DNA from: Camelus ferus
Lineage: Eukaryota
DNA: 64,000 nt
Reading direction: 5' to 3'
NCBI RefSeq assembly: GCF_009834535.1
Contig: NC_045707.1
Coordinates: forward strand, 54,066,001-54,130,000
Shown here: piece by piece, positions 51,670 to 64,000 of the stretch
Position numbering within the stretch: the stretch's first letter is position 1
How the letters are laid out: each line of letters starts with the position of its first letter
Notes under the pieces: generated by a model
The model's database searches: none
What the model was told of the DNA's origin: nothing
Seen by the model: the letters and a program-made list of their open reading frames with translations, nothing else
Translations under genes and position numbers: made by a program

Positions 51670-52920
51670 TCAATAATCAATTTAATCATCCAAGTACTTT
51701 TGAGCCCCAAGTATATGATCCATCACCTCTAATACTTTACATTCTAGTCGGCAATGGGAAAAACACATACTCAATACAATAAGCAATCTATAAACAATAG
51801 GCTGAAATATAGCTGTTTGCAAAGTGCAAAAGTAACTTTGAAGATGGAGCCAGTAGGTGTTTCTAGTAGAAGAAATGGTGTCTTAGAGAAGATGAATTTA
51901 ATTTTGGTCTGATTAGAAAAATGAGTCATTCAAAGTCAGAGGGGAGAACGCATTCAGCTTATCGAAAAGAACTTCATTCATGCGTTCATTCCAAATAGGT
52001 TTTGAGCACTTACCACAGAAAAGCCCCGTTCCTGGTGCAGAGATACAGCACAAAAATAAAGTACAACAAAAAAATAAAGTCCCTGTCCTCAAAGAGCTTA
52101 GATTCTAGTGGTGAGCGAGAAACAACGAACAGATAAACAAAAACACAGCATGTTAGTTGGTGAGATGTGCCCTGAAGTGCCGAGAAGTAAAAGGAAACAG
52201 TAAGGGAGTAGAGAGTGTCCTAGGGAGAACTGCTGTTTCAGACAGTGTGGCCAAGGAAGGCCTCTCACGTTAGGCAACACTTGAACATGCCCGAGGTGAG
52301 AGCGATCCATGTAGACAGTGTATGTGGATTTGAGCAAAGGAGAAGGGCAGGTGCAGAGACCCAGAGGTGGAAACACGTTTAGGCAAGCCTGACAAACAGA
52401 TTGTACAGAAAAATGAAAAAGATTGTGTAAGTTTAGTCTAGCTGAAGAGTGATCAAGACAGACTGGGGGAAAGGCTGGTAAATTTCAGGTAGCTTGAGAA
52501 GCATCTCTTCAGTTAGGAAAGGGATACGATCTTTGTCTTAGAAAGAAAACTGCTGGTAGTGCAGACAACCAGTTCACTTGAAGTGAAGAGACCAAATATG
52601 AGCCAGATCTGAGTCAAAGATGATCCAGGTAAAGGAAGAGGAGGGCCTGAATTCTGATAGTGGTCATGGGATGGGACGAAATTTAGGAGGCAGAATTAGA
52701 AGGGTGGTCGTGAACTGGACTTGCAGAAGGAGGGAGAAGGAATATCCAAAGAGGTTCTAAAATGTTTAGCCTATACAACTGGGTGAGTGATACTATTTAC
52801 AAAAGTGTGAATGACTAAAGGAGAGTCATCCGTGAAGAGTAAACAAGGAACAGGGTTGCACATAGTTAATTTGAGATTCCTAAAGGACATCTAGAGAGAG
52901 AGAGAGTTGGTAAGCAACAG
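51670..52920 (-). mobile_element. Cluster of L2 fragments
   Basis: ttcattcatgcgttcattccaaataggttttgagcacttac...gtccctgtcctcaaagagcttagattctagtgg. Confidence 0.75.
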
Positions 52921-54528
52921 AAAGCCTACAATTAAACAGAATAGAAGACTAAATGTTTATTTTTTTTTAAAAAGTCAGGACAAAAGATATAAACACATAT
53001 GAAGAAATACAAATGACCCATAAAGAAACAAGACTTTCATACTATTCAGGCACTTTAAGCCCCAGTTGTCCCTGAGCCTGGGTGGGGCTGTGAGGTTGAC
53101 GGACTGGGGTATCACCATGTTCTCTCACTACATATTCTCAAGCCATGCTGAACCTAGACCTTACCTCTCTCCCCCAGCTCTCCAAGATCCACATTTTGAT
53201 ACAGAGCTATCTAGCACTTCTCCAGTATTCTTAGTGCCTCTCCACCCATCACTCGGTACCACAGCAGAAGACATTCTTCTATCAGGATCCACCATCCTTG
53301 GAGAGCAGAAGAGATGGGGATTACAAACACTTACATTTCAATCATTTCACCCTCCCAGAAAGCAAGGCCATATCCCAAGATGGCAGAGAGACAGTATCTT
53401 TGAAGGCAACAGAGAGACAAATGAGCTATACTTTAAGTATCACTTTTAGATTCATCTTGTATCATTCAAGAGTACTGAGATTATTTTTTTCTTTAGACTC
53501 TTCACCATTAAATTTGCAACTAAATATCTGAACCTCTCTTTTTAAACTATATCCTCAGAAACTGAACAAATGCAAAAAGCAAAACAGTGATATGATAGCT
53601 CTTTGGATTTTTGGTGAGTTTTACTTTGAAACCCTTTGAGGACACTTAGCTGACAGTTTTTAACTTAAGCCACAGAAGAGGTCAGAGAAATAGAAGAGAA
53701 TCACTTTATCAAGAAATTAAGCACTTTTAAACAGCAAAAAAATCAACTGTGTAAATGAAAAATAAGAAGAGGGCTGCCATTGTGTGTTTTTTCCAGAAAT
53801 GACTGTGATCAAATCTATTTGCCTAATTTTGCTTAATATACTCCCTGTATCACACTATTAAAGGCCTAATTGTGCCACCAGCATTGCTAAAAGTCTATTC
53901 ACATCACTTTTCTCCTATGTCAAGTTTTCTGCTATTTCCTGTGTATTGTTTATTATTTACTTGTTATTCCTTTAAAAAATCAATTTGCTTTAGGGAAGGA
54001 AGCAGTAAGTAGGCTAATATGTTAGTGGCTTTATTAGCAACATTGTTAGACTTCACATTTTCCGTATTTCAATGATGATAAAAGGTCACATCTGAGAATT
54101 GTAAGAGCCACGCCACCACCAAGGGAAGTCCGAAATGCATTTCTATCTAAGTACATGATTAAAACACATAATTATGGATTCCCATGAAACACCGGAAAAT
54201 AACAGAACTCAGTTGAAAGAGGAAACATAATAACCAGCATTTCTCAATCCCTTTTGTGCTCCTACTGAGGGAAATAGCCGGTTTCGCAGACAGTATTTTT
54301 CAAGCCACTTCAAGAAAGAGAACTCTGATGGCCAGTGGTGGGATACAGAGGCCCAAAATCTGGAGACTGGGGGAGGGTGAGGCCCCAATATGTGCAGCTT
54401 GGTAAAAATCTCTTTCCCACTCTGTTGTATTCATAGGGCCATTTCATTAATTTTATATAAATTTGTCCAGGACAATGCTTGGTACATAGTTGACACTGAA
54501 TAAATGTCAAGTGAACATATTAAATATA

Positions 54529-54692
54529 GCACAGGTAAATATTTTCAAGATCTTGTAGTAGCTCACGATGGAAAAGAATATGAGAATGAATATTCATGTA
54601 TGACTGAAAAATTGTGCTGTACACCAGAAATGGACACATTGTAAACTGACTATAACTCAATTAAAAAAAAAAAAAGATCCCAGAAAAAAATT
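54529..54692 (+). mobile_element. Very short L1 3' end with interrupted poly(A)
   Basis: gcacagg...tcttgtagtagctcac...tgtgctgtacaccagaaatggacacattgtaaactgactataactcaatt then A-run; flanking atattaaatata (54517-54528 and 54693-54704). Confidence 0.88.
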
Positions 54693-56089
54693 ATATTAAA
54701 TATATTAAATTGTAGTCAACATACTTGGCAGACCAATATAATAGAGGATGCTCTGCTAAGTATATCTACAGTAAATATAAAATATAGATGTATCTCTAAT
54801 AAAGATATTGATCCTATCTAATGCATGGACATTTGTAATTTTAGTCACTCCCTAGTACCAGTCAACATCTTCCTTATTTTCAGGATATTCGTTCCATCAA
54901 ACTTTTTTGAACTAGGTTTTTACATACTAAGAAAATTTTGCATTGGAGTTTGTCAGCATAGTCCCATAAATCATACTGCCTTTACAGAGTTCATAAAATT
55001 TCCCTCACCCAAATTAGACTGATCTCAGTTTATTATATCAAAACATTTGGGGCCATACTTTCTCGCATTTGTTGAGTGTTTTTCATTGTTTATATTTACC
55101 TTTCCCCTCCTGCAACCATTCCTCAATGCTTTTTTCTGTTAAAGCAAGGTGGAATGTAAGGCAGGTTTGCTGAATTTAATTAATGCAAAGGAAATGGTTA
55201 TCCTACAAGAAAAACAAGATAAACGCTTTCAGAATTTCCTCTACTAGTGAATAAGACTTTCATTGCCAGGTGTAGAGTGAGGCTAGGAATCACGAAGGAG
55301 GAAAGAAATCCATTCATAGATAAATCACTTTAAAATATTTGTAAATTACTGAATTATTTAAATAAAAATTCAAAAATCTACTTATGACTCCAGTGATCCA
55401 TTTTTTAAATTCCAATTTAAAAAAAATATAGCCAAAGCCAAAATTTCTGGAATAACTAAGAATTTGGATACAGTGAATAGAGTACATATGAATGAGAATA
55501 TTCAGATAATCAGAATATAACATCATGTATCCTATTAAACCTTAATGAACTTGAATTTGTATGCCGTTAACTCAGAAAGCATTTTATGGTTTTTCAGTTT
55601 TGAAAAACACATACAGATTACATCATATCTTATTTTTCAGTACTTAACATAAAGAATATTTAAAATCCATAAAAGCCCTATATTTTAGAATTAGTTGGAA
55701 TCTAAACTTCCATTTGTCAGACGTCTTATTTTATGAACTAAAAATGCCCTGAGAACTGGTAAAGTCAAAAAGTCTGATAAAGTCAGAATTTAAAGTCAGA
55801 AAAGAGTTGTGATCAGGAAATTAAAGATATGGGGTCAGCATTCCCCAAACTAGTTGCAAGACTGTGACTACGTGTGCTGGGAAGGCAGCGTGATACCGGG
55901 TTCCTGCGTCAAGGGCAAAGGATTTACATCTCATCTCCATCACATGTTAACTTTGTGAGCTTGGGTAAATCACATAATCTTTTTGAATATTGCTTTCAAT
56001 TATCTATGTATTTTTATAGCCTACTTTAAAAATATGAGGCAATTTAGAAAAAATGTAATCAATGAGAGCATCTTTACCCTAATTTCTTT

Positions 56090-56500
56090 AGCTTGAAACA
56101 CAACCAATCTATAAAAGGTTGAAAGAACTCCCTTGTGCCTTTAATTTGGATTCACCAACTAGATAAAACTTTGCATCACAGATAGATATGAATGTAGATA
56201 ATAAAAGCATAGATACCATCATAGACATAGATGCAGATATAGAGTTGTCTTTTTTCCAGAAAAATCTGAGAGCAAACTGCAGACACAATGAGATTCTATC
56301 CCTACTTGCTGAAGTATCATTTTACCCATTACCTCTTAAGAACAAGGACATTGCCCTGTATAACCACAAGAACACTATCGTACCCAAGAAATTAAACACT
56401 AATGCAATGATGATCTTAAATAAGAAATCCCCACAAGTAGATCAACAATGTAGTTTATAGTTGTATTTTCCTCCTCTGATCAAAGATCAACTATGCTTCT
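56090..56500 (-). mobile_element. L1MC-like fragment
   Basis: ggattcaccaact...tgagagcaaactgcagacac...aagaacaaggacattgccctgtataaccacaa. Confidence 0.75.
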
Positions 56501-57607
56501 TTCTTTAGTATTTTTTTAAGTATAGAAAATGTTTGCATAGTTCAAATTCAAAACTTTATAAAAAAGTATAATTGAAGAGGCCTCATTCCCTTTCCCTTTC
56601 CCTTCCACTCTTCTCTTAGCAAATATTTCATTTATTTCTGGTTTATCCTGCCTGGGTTTCTTTTTCCAGTAATAAAAGCCAGGAAGCTGTGTGACGCTTG
56701 GCCAGTTACACACTTGTTGATTGTTCATTTGTTTTAATTTTTTTCAATCCATTTTATCAGGAAAATTATATTAGATGTATGTAGTAAATTAAATATTTTC
56801 TAAACAAGGCAAATACGAGCATAATAATGGAAGTAAATTAAAGTGAAAAGATGAGAAGAAATTGTTGTAAAATTTGTATCCTAATATTTTAAATAATGTT
56901 TTATATGTTTATTTATGAAACAAAAACAAAGTTTGTTTTTACACACTTTCCTATCTTTTGATAAAATGTTGAGGAAGGCCTGAAGCAACTCCAGTTAACT
57001 CAATTTGAAAGCCACTAGTTTAAACAAATATGGTGACTCAAATAGCTACTGTATACTTATTACTTTATTTTATTGCTGATTTTAACTTTCCTTAAATTTT
57101 AATAGATAGTAAGTTCACTCAGGACGGAGATATTTATTTATATAATTTCTCCGGTTTCTCACTTTCCCTGGTAATACTATGGAAATACAGAAAATGTTTT
57201 TAAAGATATTTGAAGAATAAGTGAATTAATAAATTCTGGATGGAAGTCTGACAAGGCTGCAGAATCTACATTTTCAATAATTTAAATACATATGCATATA
57301 TAATTGCTTCATCTCTTACTTTAAAGTTACTATTTACATTTTAATTTGTATAATTCCTGAGGGTCCTTAAAAGATTTTGTAAGATAACTTATTTAATTGA
57401 CATATATCTGGATTATTCAGTTGACTGACCCACTTTACTTGTTTTGTTCAGTCATTCTGATATCCAGGAGACACAGCCTTATCCAAATATACTCATAAAT
57501 TTGTGTGAGCTTTCAAAGTATTAGTGAATTATTCCAGAATTAAATTCCTTTAGAAGGCAGAAAAATGTCCATTTTCTCGTAATTTCCTCGAGAAGTTTGT
57601 CTCTCAC

Positions 57608-57626
57608 TCCCCACCAGATGGCGCTG
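57608..57626 (+). promoter_or_regulatory. Putative CTCF binding site
   Basis: tccCCACCAGATGGCGCTG fits the CTCF core consensus; several CpGs retained nearby. Confidence 0.75.
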
Positions 57627-57829
57627 TTTTCCCACTAGCGAGTCTGTAGTCACGGGGGAGATTATACACAGCTATAAAATGCAGAAGATAGGACAGAAGG
57701 GAAAAAAGGATTCCTGTGTTAACTGAAATCACATAAATGCCTCTAAGCCTGTTCTTCATGTCCCGCCGTCCCCAAATAGTCGTCTATTAGAATGTAAGTC
57801 TATTTCCTAATACTTGAGCTTCCTCTATC

Positions 57830-58833
57830 CGACTAACTATTCAATGGTCCACACAAATGTCTGTCGTCTCAAATGCAACATGTCCAAAACTCAACTCCCC
57901 GTCTTCATCATCGCCCACACTCAAACCTCTTGTACCAAACAACTGCGTCTGTCCTGTTGCTTGGGCTAGAACTCTTGGAGTCAATCATTCTCCTGTTTTT
58001 CTGGTTTCTCCCTCTCATCCGTCTCTCCCCTACCCCATCTTCTATCCTCTCCCCCACCCCATCTTCTATCCTCTCCCCCTTTCCCGCCCCTCCCCTCCCC
58101 TCCTGTCTCCTCTCCCTCTTCCCTCTCTCCCCACCTCTTCTCTCTCCCTCTTTCCCCCCTCCCCACCCCTCTTCTCCATTCAGTCTCTTAGCAAACCCTG
58201 TTGATTCTATTTTCAAAGTGGTTTCAGAATCAAACGGCCTTTCATCACCCCCACTGCTGTCATCCTGTTCTCAGCCACCAGCACCTCACAACTGATCTCC
58301 TTCCTTCAGCCCTGGCTTCCCTACAGTTTCTTCTTGACCTTGTAGCCAGTGGTTCTTTTCATCATCACACAGATCATGTCATGTCCTGCTCAAACCATTC
58401 AGTCTTGGTTCCCTGCTCCCTCCTTGGGCCTCAACTCCTATTATCCCCCCCTTCTCTGACTGTCTGACTGGGCTCAAGGCACACAGGCCTCCTTGCTGTT
58501 CTGTGAACACAGAAGACGTATACCAGTCTCAGACCTCTGCTCTTTTCTTCTCCTTACTTGGAAGGATGTTCTGCCAATTATTACGTAGCTACTGCCCCAA
58601 CATATTCAGGTTGCTGCTCAGGTGACACCTTCTCAATGAGGTCTTACCTGTCTCATCCACATTTCAATACTTTCATGACACTTATTTTCTAGCACACTAC
58701 ATAGATGACTTACTATAATTGTTAGTATCTGTCCCTCCCCTTCCGTGAGGGCAGAGGTTTTGTTTAACTGATTTAAACCAAAGTTCTAGAATACTGGCAT
58801 TAGTAGATGCTCAATAAACACCTGAATGAATGA
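57830..58833 (+). mobile_element. L2 LINE 3' part
   Basis: tctcaaatgcaacatgtccaaaactcaactc...gatcatgtcatgtcctgctcaaacc...tagtagatgctcaataaacacctgaatgaatga. Confidence 0.85.
58005..58178. repeat. C/T-rich low-complexity tract with a 24-bp tandem unit (accccatcttctatcctctccccc)
   Basis: Read directly; explains the Pro/Ser- and Gly/Arg/Glu-rich ORFs here. Confidence 0.85.
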
Positions 58834-59967
58834 TTTATACCCGAGGCGTTAATAACTAACACTGAGTCAAAACAAATCTGCTTTGCTTTTTACAGAAAGT
58901 TTTCCATATAGAAATATGGAAAAAAGGAACTAAGTAGGACATCAGTTATATTGTTTAATTGGTATTCATCTTAATTCAAAAACTATTGACTTACAACCTA
59001 TAATACAGGACATATTTTCAATAAATGGCTAAACATTAAGTAAAACAGGCATGACTAAAGTTGGCCAAAGCTCCCGTGACATCACATGCTGTATGCTGAT
59101 GGAAAGCTTCCTTCCATAGAAAAGAAATTACGGTGATGCAATGAGCCAAACTAGGTTTTCCCAGAATCTCTATTTCTATAACAGAAATGCATTTGTCACA
59201 TCAATGCATACACACTTTGATATTTGATTTCAGTTTTGGGTTTTTTGTTAGAACATCTTAACATGGCTTTTATGCCTAGTCTGTCTATTTGTAATTGTGG
59301 TGGCATCAGATGTGGCTCTAAGAGTCAGTCTATCCGATTCAGTAAGACATCTCTGTGAGAAGCTGATCCAGGATGTGTTGATTTCTAACATTTACACCAA
59401 AATGGGGTCAGGGCTTCCAAACCAAAACAACTTTTGGTCACACTCATTTCTGTCACAGTCTTTTAGATATGATTTGAGGCTAAAATTGTATGTTCCACCA
59501 GTTTGACTGTTTTTCTTAGTTTCACTAAGTACTTTGGCTAAACCCACTTGTTACTAGTAAGTTATTTGACTAAATTGAAAAATAAGTAGTTTGTAAGCTC
59601 TAAAATTAGTTAAAATGTCAAAACTTATTATGCAGACTCAGTGCAAGGCTCTTAATAAAAATTTACTTTCCCATTTCTATGTATAACTTTGCTTTGTAAC
59701 CATTTCCCCCCAGTTTCATAATCATAGTCACAGCCTGTACCCTGATAATACCCATGCTCTATTTCAAACATTTGCCAAAGCAGGATGACCGAGTGATTTT
59801 ATCAAGTATTGTCAGTTCATAATTTTTGTATATATTTGTCATTTAACGTTTTTAACCTGTGAAAGTTAAAGTATAAAGTTCTTTAAAACAAAAAAAGAGT
59901 TGGTTTTATTCTTTTAATGACCTATGCTGCTACTTAGAAACCTCAAGCTTCCCAATTTATCGTTCAA

Positions 59968-60010
59968 AAGAGAGGAAGGAAGGGAGGGAGGAAGGAAGGA
60001 AGGAAGGAAA
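59968..60010. repeat. (GGAA)n-like purine microsatellite
   Basis: Read directly. Confidence 0.85.
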
Positions 60011-62359
60011 ATAAGTAATTTGGCAATGTGACTTACTGACACATGATGATTGGGGCGCAGCTAATAAAGTTAATTCAAGGCACTGTGCCTTTTAGATGAT
60101 ATTCTCTGATTAAGTCTCGCTGCTTTATTGGAATGAGCTATCTGCTTACGTATTATCACATATGTAATTCTTCATTCTAATACCTGAAATAAACACTACC
60201 TATATAAAAACTTTACTCAACTGTAGAATGTTTTCATCCTCATCACATCTACTTTGCCTCTCTTTCATTTGCATAAAAGACAACTTTCAATTACCTACGG
60301 AGCCATAGGACACGTACCAGCCAAACAGCTATAGAGGAAGTGACTCCTGTCATTCCCAGTCCAGACTTTTTAACGGTGGCTGTGAGTATCCCATGCCCTC
60401 TCTCCTTCCCGGTTGCAGTGACCCTGGACACCGTGCTTTGAGACAGTTAAGTCCCAACCCAGAGGGACTTTAGTCGGCTGGGGTCCCTGAGTAGCTTTGT
60501 AGAGCAGTTATCCCAAAGATCTCCCCAGACACATGTTAACATTTGGGAGACAGATTTTTAGTGCAGCACAGTCTAGCCAATACTGAACAATTAAACCAGT
60601 AAAGCATAATTGTAAAGTTACTTTTTATTTCTAACAAACTCAAGGTAAAATTTGCTAATTTATCACTCTTTATCCCATAGCTCTTAATATCTTTTACATA
60701 TTGTCTTATTCCAAAAATTTTTAATATAATAGTCCCACTTGAAGCAGGCACCTTTGTGTTAATTATTCAATGAAAGACTGTCCAGGACCTCCTATCTGTC
60801 AAGTGAGGGTTATCGGACTGGGAGAACAAGCAAGCATGGCCTCTACTCCAGGAGTTTAGAATCTGTAGGGGAGACAGCTGGTAAAAAAAAAAAAAAAAAA
60901 ATGTATCAACCTAAACATGACAAATGTCCTGGAGGAAGAGTAGAGGGCAATAAAGGGGTGTGACCTGACCTGGGAATTTAGGGAGGACTGGAAAGGGAGA
61001 TCTGAGTAAGAGCTGATACTTGATGTTTGAAGCTGGGGTCAAGCACAATTACGGAGGACTTGACCTTCGCAAAGACGGTCATCTTCCTAAGGGGGTATAT
61101 CTAAAATTGCATCACTGTCTGGATCATAAAAACATAGATAAATTTGTAGGCCAAATTTTAACTGCTGACAACTTGATCCAGGGAATGAGAACTTAAACTT
61201 AACATTTTAGGAAGGAAAAAAAAAAAGCTTATTTCCATGACTGTAAATAGAAGTCTAAGGTTGGAAACAAACATGTGCATGGAAAATTTTCTCCCACCAA
61301 CTGAAAAAAGTCAAGAAACTGCACATTTGGCAGGAAGATTCCAAACAGCCTACAAGTGCCAATGTCAGAAGAACAATCTTTACACTATGTAGAAAATTGC
61401 TAGTTAATCCTTCTCCAAAAATTTAATTTTATAAAATGAAAGCAAGTTCTATGTTTTAGCTATAGTAAATGAGTATGCAGTTCTCTCAGACTGATGGAAA
61501 ATGTGAGAGCTCAAACAACTTATTTCAAATTGATTTAAAGTACAGTCTTCCTAATACACTACTTAACCTCTCGCATTTATAGAGTGATGTAGGCTTTCCG
61601 AAGTATTTTATATACATTATCTCATTTGATTCTAATAGATGAAATATATATAATTGTACCTAACAATGTAAAACTATGATAACTCTACAACCCTCAAAAT
61701 TAAATGTGAATTGAAAATAGACCCAGTCTGTCTGGGGCCGGAGCAAGTAAAATGAAATCAGATTTAAGACAGTATTGAATGACAAAAGACAATGTACAAA
61801 GAAAATAAGAATTGGAAAGAGCTTTTGCAGATCAAATTCAAACTCCCCAATTATAATAATGATCATAATAACTTCATATAGTTTACAAGGCATTTTTTAA
61901 AATTTGCATGAGACTTTTCGATTATAGGTCATGAGTGATATGTTGACATGAGACAATCCTTTTTCTGGGCTTGCATCCTACAAGTAAATGACACTTTATA
62001 ACGAGGTTTTCTCCCTTTTGTCCACTAACTGTCATCTAAATGCACTGAAACCTATAAGCCCTTAATTAAAAACAGGAAGATACAATGGTATTTTAAATTC
62101 AGAACCAGATGTTACCCCACCATGAAGTCCTTGCTGAGATTTGACTGCAATATTTCTCCTCAGACTGATCACCCTGTTTTTATCCTTGATCCCTTCATTC
62201 TATTTTCAACACGGCAGTGGGAGCGATCCTGCTGAAACATTAATCAGGTCATTCAAGGTCATACAAGGTGTGCTGCCTCACTACCTCCCTGACAACTTCT
62301 GCTCTCCCTCTTCTCTAACCATGGGCACCTCATGACTATTCCCATGCAGAGCCTTAAGG

Positions 62360-62487
62360 ACAGGATGGCGGAATAGAAATGCAGGACCCCTGATTCAAAT
62401 TTTATGAAGAATTTAAAGATGGAGTGGGTCTTGGGCACCAGGTCCTGTGCAGCCACACAGGCTGCAAAGTAGTGAAGCCAGCTTCGG
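62360..62487 (-). mobile_element. MER45-like fragment
   Basis: gaaatgcaggacccctgattcaaa...gaatttaaagatgg...cctgtgcagccacacagg...tgaagccagc, similar to the copy at 5523-5702. Confidence 0.55.
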
Positions 62488-62499
62488 TCAAGGGACTTG

Positions 62500-62912
62500 A
62501 ATTTACCGTGCCTTCTGCCCAGACCCTCATCCCCCCCGATACCTGCATGCTCGACTCCTCCTAGGTTCTTTCCTTCTCAGAACCCCACTCCCTAAGCCTT
62601 CAGTCTTTCCTTTAAATGCCACTCTCTCGAGCCTTTCTGCTCACTTTATTTAAACTTGTAATCCTCATCAGACAGCCTTAACTCTCATTCTCTACATTAT
62701 TTTTGTCCATAGCTCACATTTCTCTCTAGCACATGGTATATTTTACTTATTCGCCCTGTTTAATTTCTGCCTGGGTGCATTACAATGCAAATTTCAAGTG
62801 AGAAGCTTTTTTTTTTTTTTTAATTTTCATTGCTGTATCCCCTGCATGTAGAATAGTGATGGGTACTCAACAAATGCATTGAATGAATAAAGGAGTGAAT
62901 GAATGAATGAGA
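62500..62912 (+). mobile_element. L2 3' end
   Basis: ttcattgctgtatcccctgc...ggtactcaacaaatgcattgaatgaataaaggagtgaatgaatgaatga. Confidence 0.75.
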
Positions 62913-62959
62913 ATATGATTGGCTTTCAGCAGTAAAATGCTCAAGAATTGTGCATGGAT

Positions 62960-64000
62960 AACCCATGGGCTAACTCCCAGTCCCTTTCACACAGGAAGAG
63001 CCCCAGGAATTACTCTAGAGTCACCGGCGGGAGCAGGACAGGTACTCCAGTATATGTCTTTGACTGAAATCTGTTGGTAGAGTTGTGACTCTAAAGAGCT
63101 GAATCAGAAATTCTCACGTAAACCGCGGTTTCGGGGACACCAACCTCTGACCTCCACCCTCTAGTAGCAGAATGCGCCCTCCTCCTCTGGCCCCTACCCA
63201 TCTCCGCTGACCTAAAAGGGTAAGATGAGAAACCTGTAACATTCCCTGCCGACAGGTCTCACCTTCCATTCCTCCAGGTGAGTTTGGCTCCTAGGTGGCA
63301 TAAAGTAAATTAACTGATTTTCTTCTATTCATTTTTGGTAAGTCTGTTTTCTCTCTCTAAATGTCCGCTTATTTAGAAGATGAAGAAACTGCTCTCTATT
63401 CTACGCTTAGAATTAGAAACTTGCATTTAACCAGACTATTTCAAGTATGATCTGTAGTTTCAAACCCAAGGACAAAGCCACGAATCTGGTTCTTTTTCAT
63501 ACACAAAAGTGCGAAAACTCACTTCTCCCTCCCCAGTACTTCACTAAAAACTCACAATCTCGTGGGCACAACTCTTTCACGTGGCAGACAGAACTTAGTC
63601 TCTTTGTAACCTCTGTTAAGCCCAGATCAGCCCTCTCGACCATCCATTAGATGGAGCTACAAATCTCTGGAGACAGTAGGCTTCCTACAGTCTGATTAAT
63701 CTTGTTTTATTTTCCAATTAAACAGGAGTTAAGATCATCGTCTGAGAATTAGAAGATTGTTAGAAGTTTGTGCAGAGGGGAAAGGCAAGCCATAATGCTC
63801 TGAGAGAATGAGTAGGAAGGAACATACACTAATAGGACAGTGGGATGGTTTGTCAGTGTTGAGTGCACACAGGATGTATTTTTGAAGCCCTCCCGTTTCT
63901 TTCCAGCCCTCTTCTCCTTCAGAGATCTCAGGCCATTGGTTCAAACTTCTTTTATCTCAATTTTCTGGAAATCCTATTTTCTAAAATGGGTGATTCATTT
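62960..64000 (+). mobile_element. Probable ERV1-class internal 5' leader, continuing past the window edge
   Basis: CpG-retaining leader-like sequence, donor ctccag/gtgagt at 63278, T/C-rich tract, and aaaATGGGT at about 63986 as a possible gag Met-Gly start. Confidence 0.5.

Noticed and set aside
57857..58467. Pro/Ser-rich and Gly/Arg/Glu-rich ORFs
   Set aside because: Products of the C/T low-complexity tract inside L2
59134..59142. Exact C/EBP-ATF composite motif TGATGCAAT
   Set aside because: A single 9-mer is expected by chance in 64 kb
63160..63302. CTCF-like words (ccctctagtagcag, ctcctaggtggca)
   Set aside because: Mismatches in the core compared with the two accepted sites

Overview
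AT-rich, CpG-depleted mammalian (eutherian) genomic DNA, intergenic or deep-intronic. I recognise no protein-coding gene, RNA gene or CRISPR array. The supplied ORFs mostly read through transposon relics or low-complexity DNA. The window is a mosaic of ancient repeats (MIR, L2, old L1M, MLT1 LTRs, MER5/MER20/MER45/MER94 DNA transposons) and younger ones (short cetartiodactyl-type L1 3' ends, several ERV1-class solo LTRs with visible target-site duplications, and an ERV leader at the right edge). The L1 tail type, with no recognisable Alu, B1, Bov-tA, CHR, PRE-1 or CAN SINE, suggests a camelid (inference). The best non-repeat signals are two near-consensus CTCF motifs in divergent orientation (34.4 kb minus, 57.6 kb plus), an exact triplication of an AP-1 site (31.5 kb), atypical L1-mediated insertions (possible 3' transduction, tail-only insertion), and a few unverified exon-like segments. 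I found no convincing evidence of a novel biological system. Repeat family names come from recalled consensus sequences, not from a search. Boundaries without a TSD are approximate.
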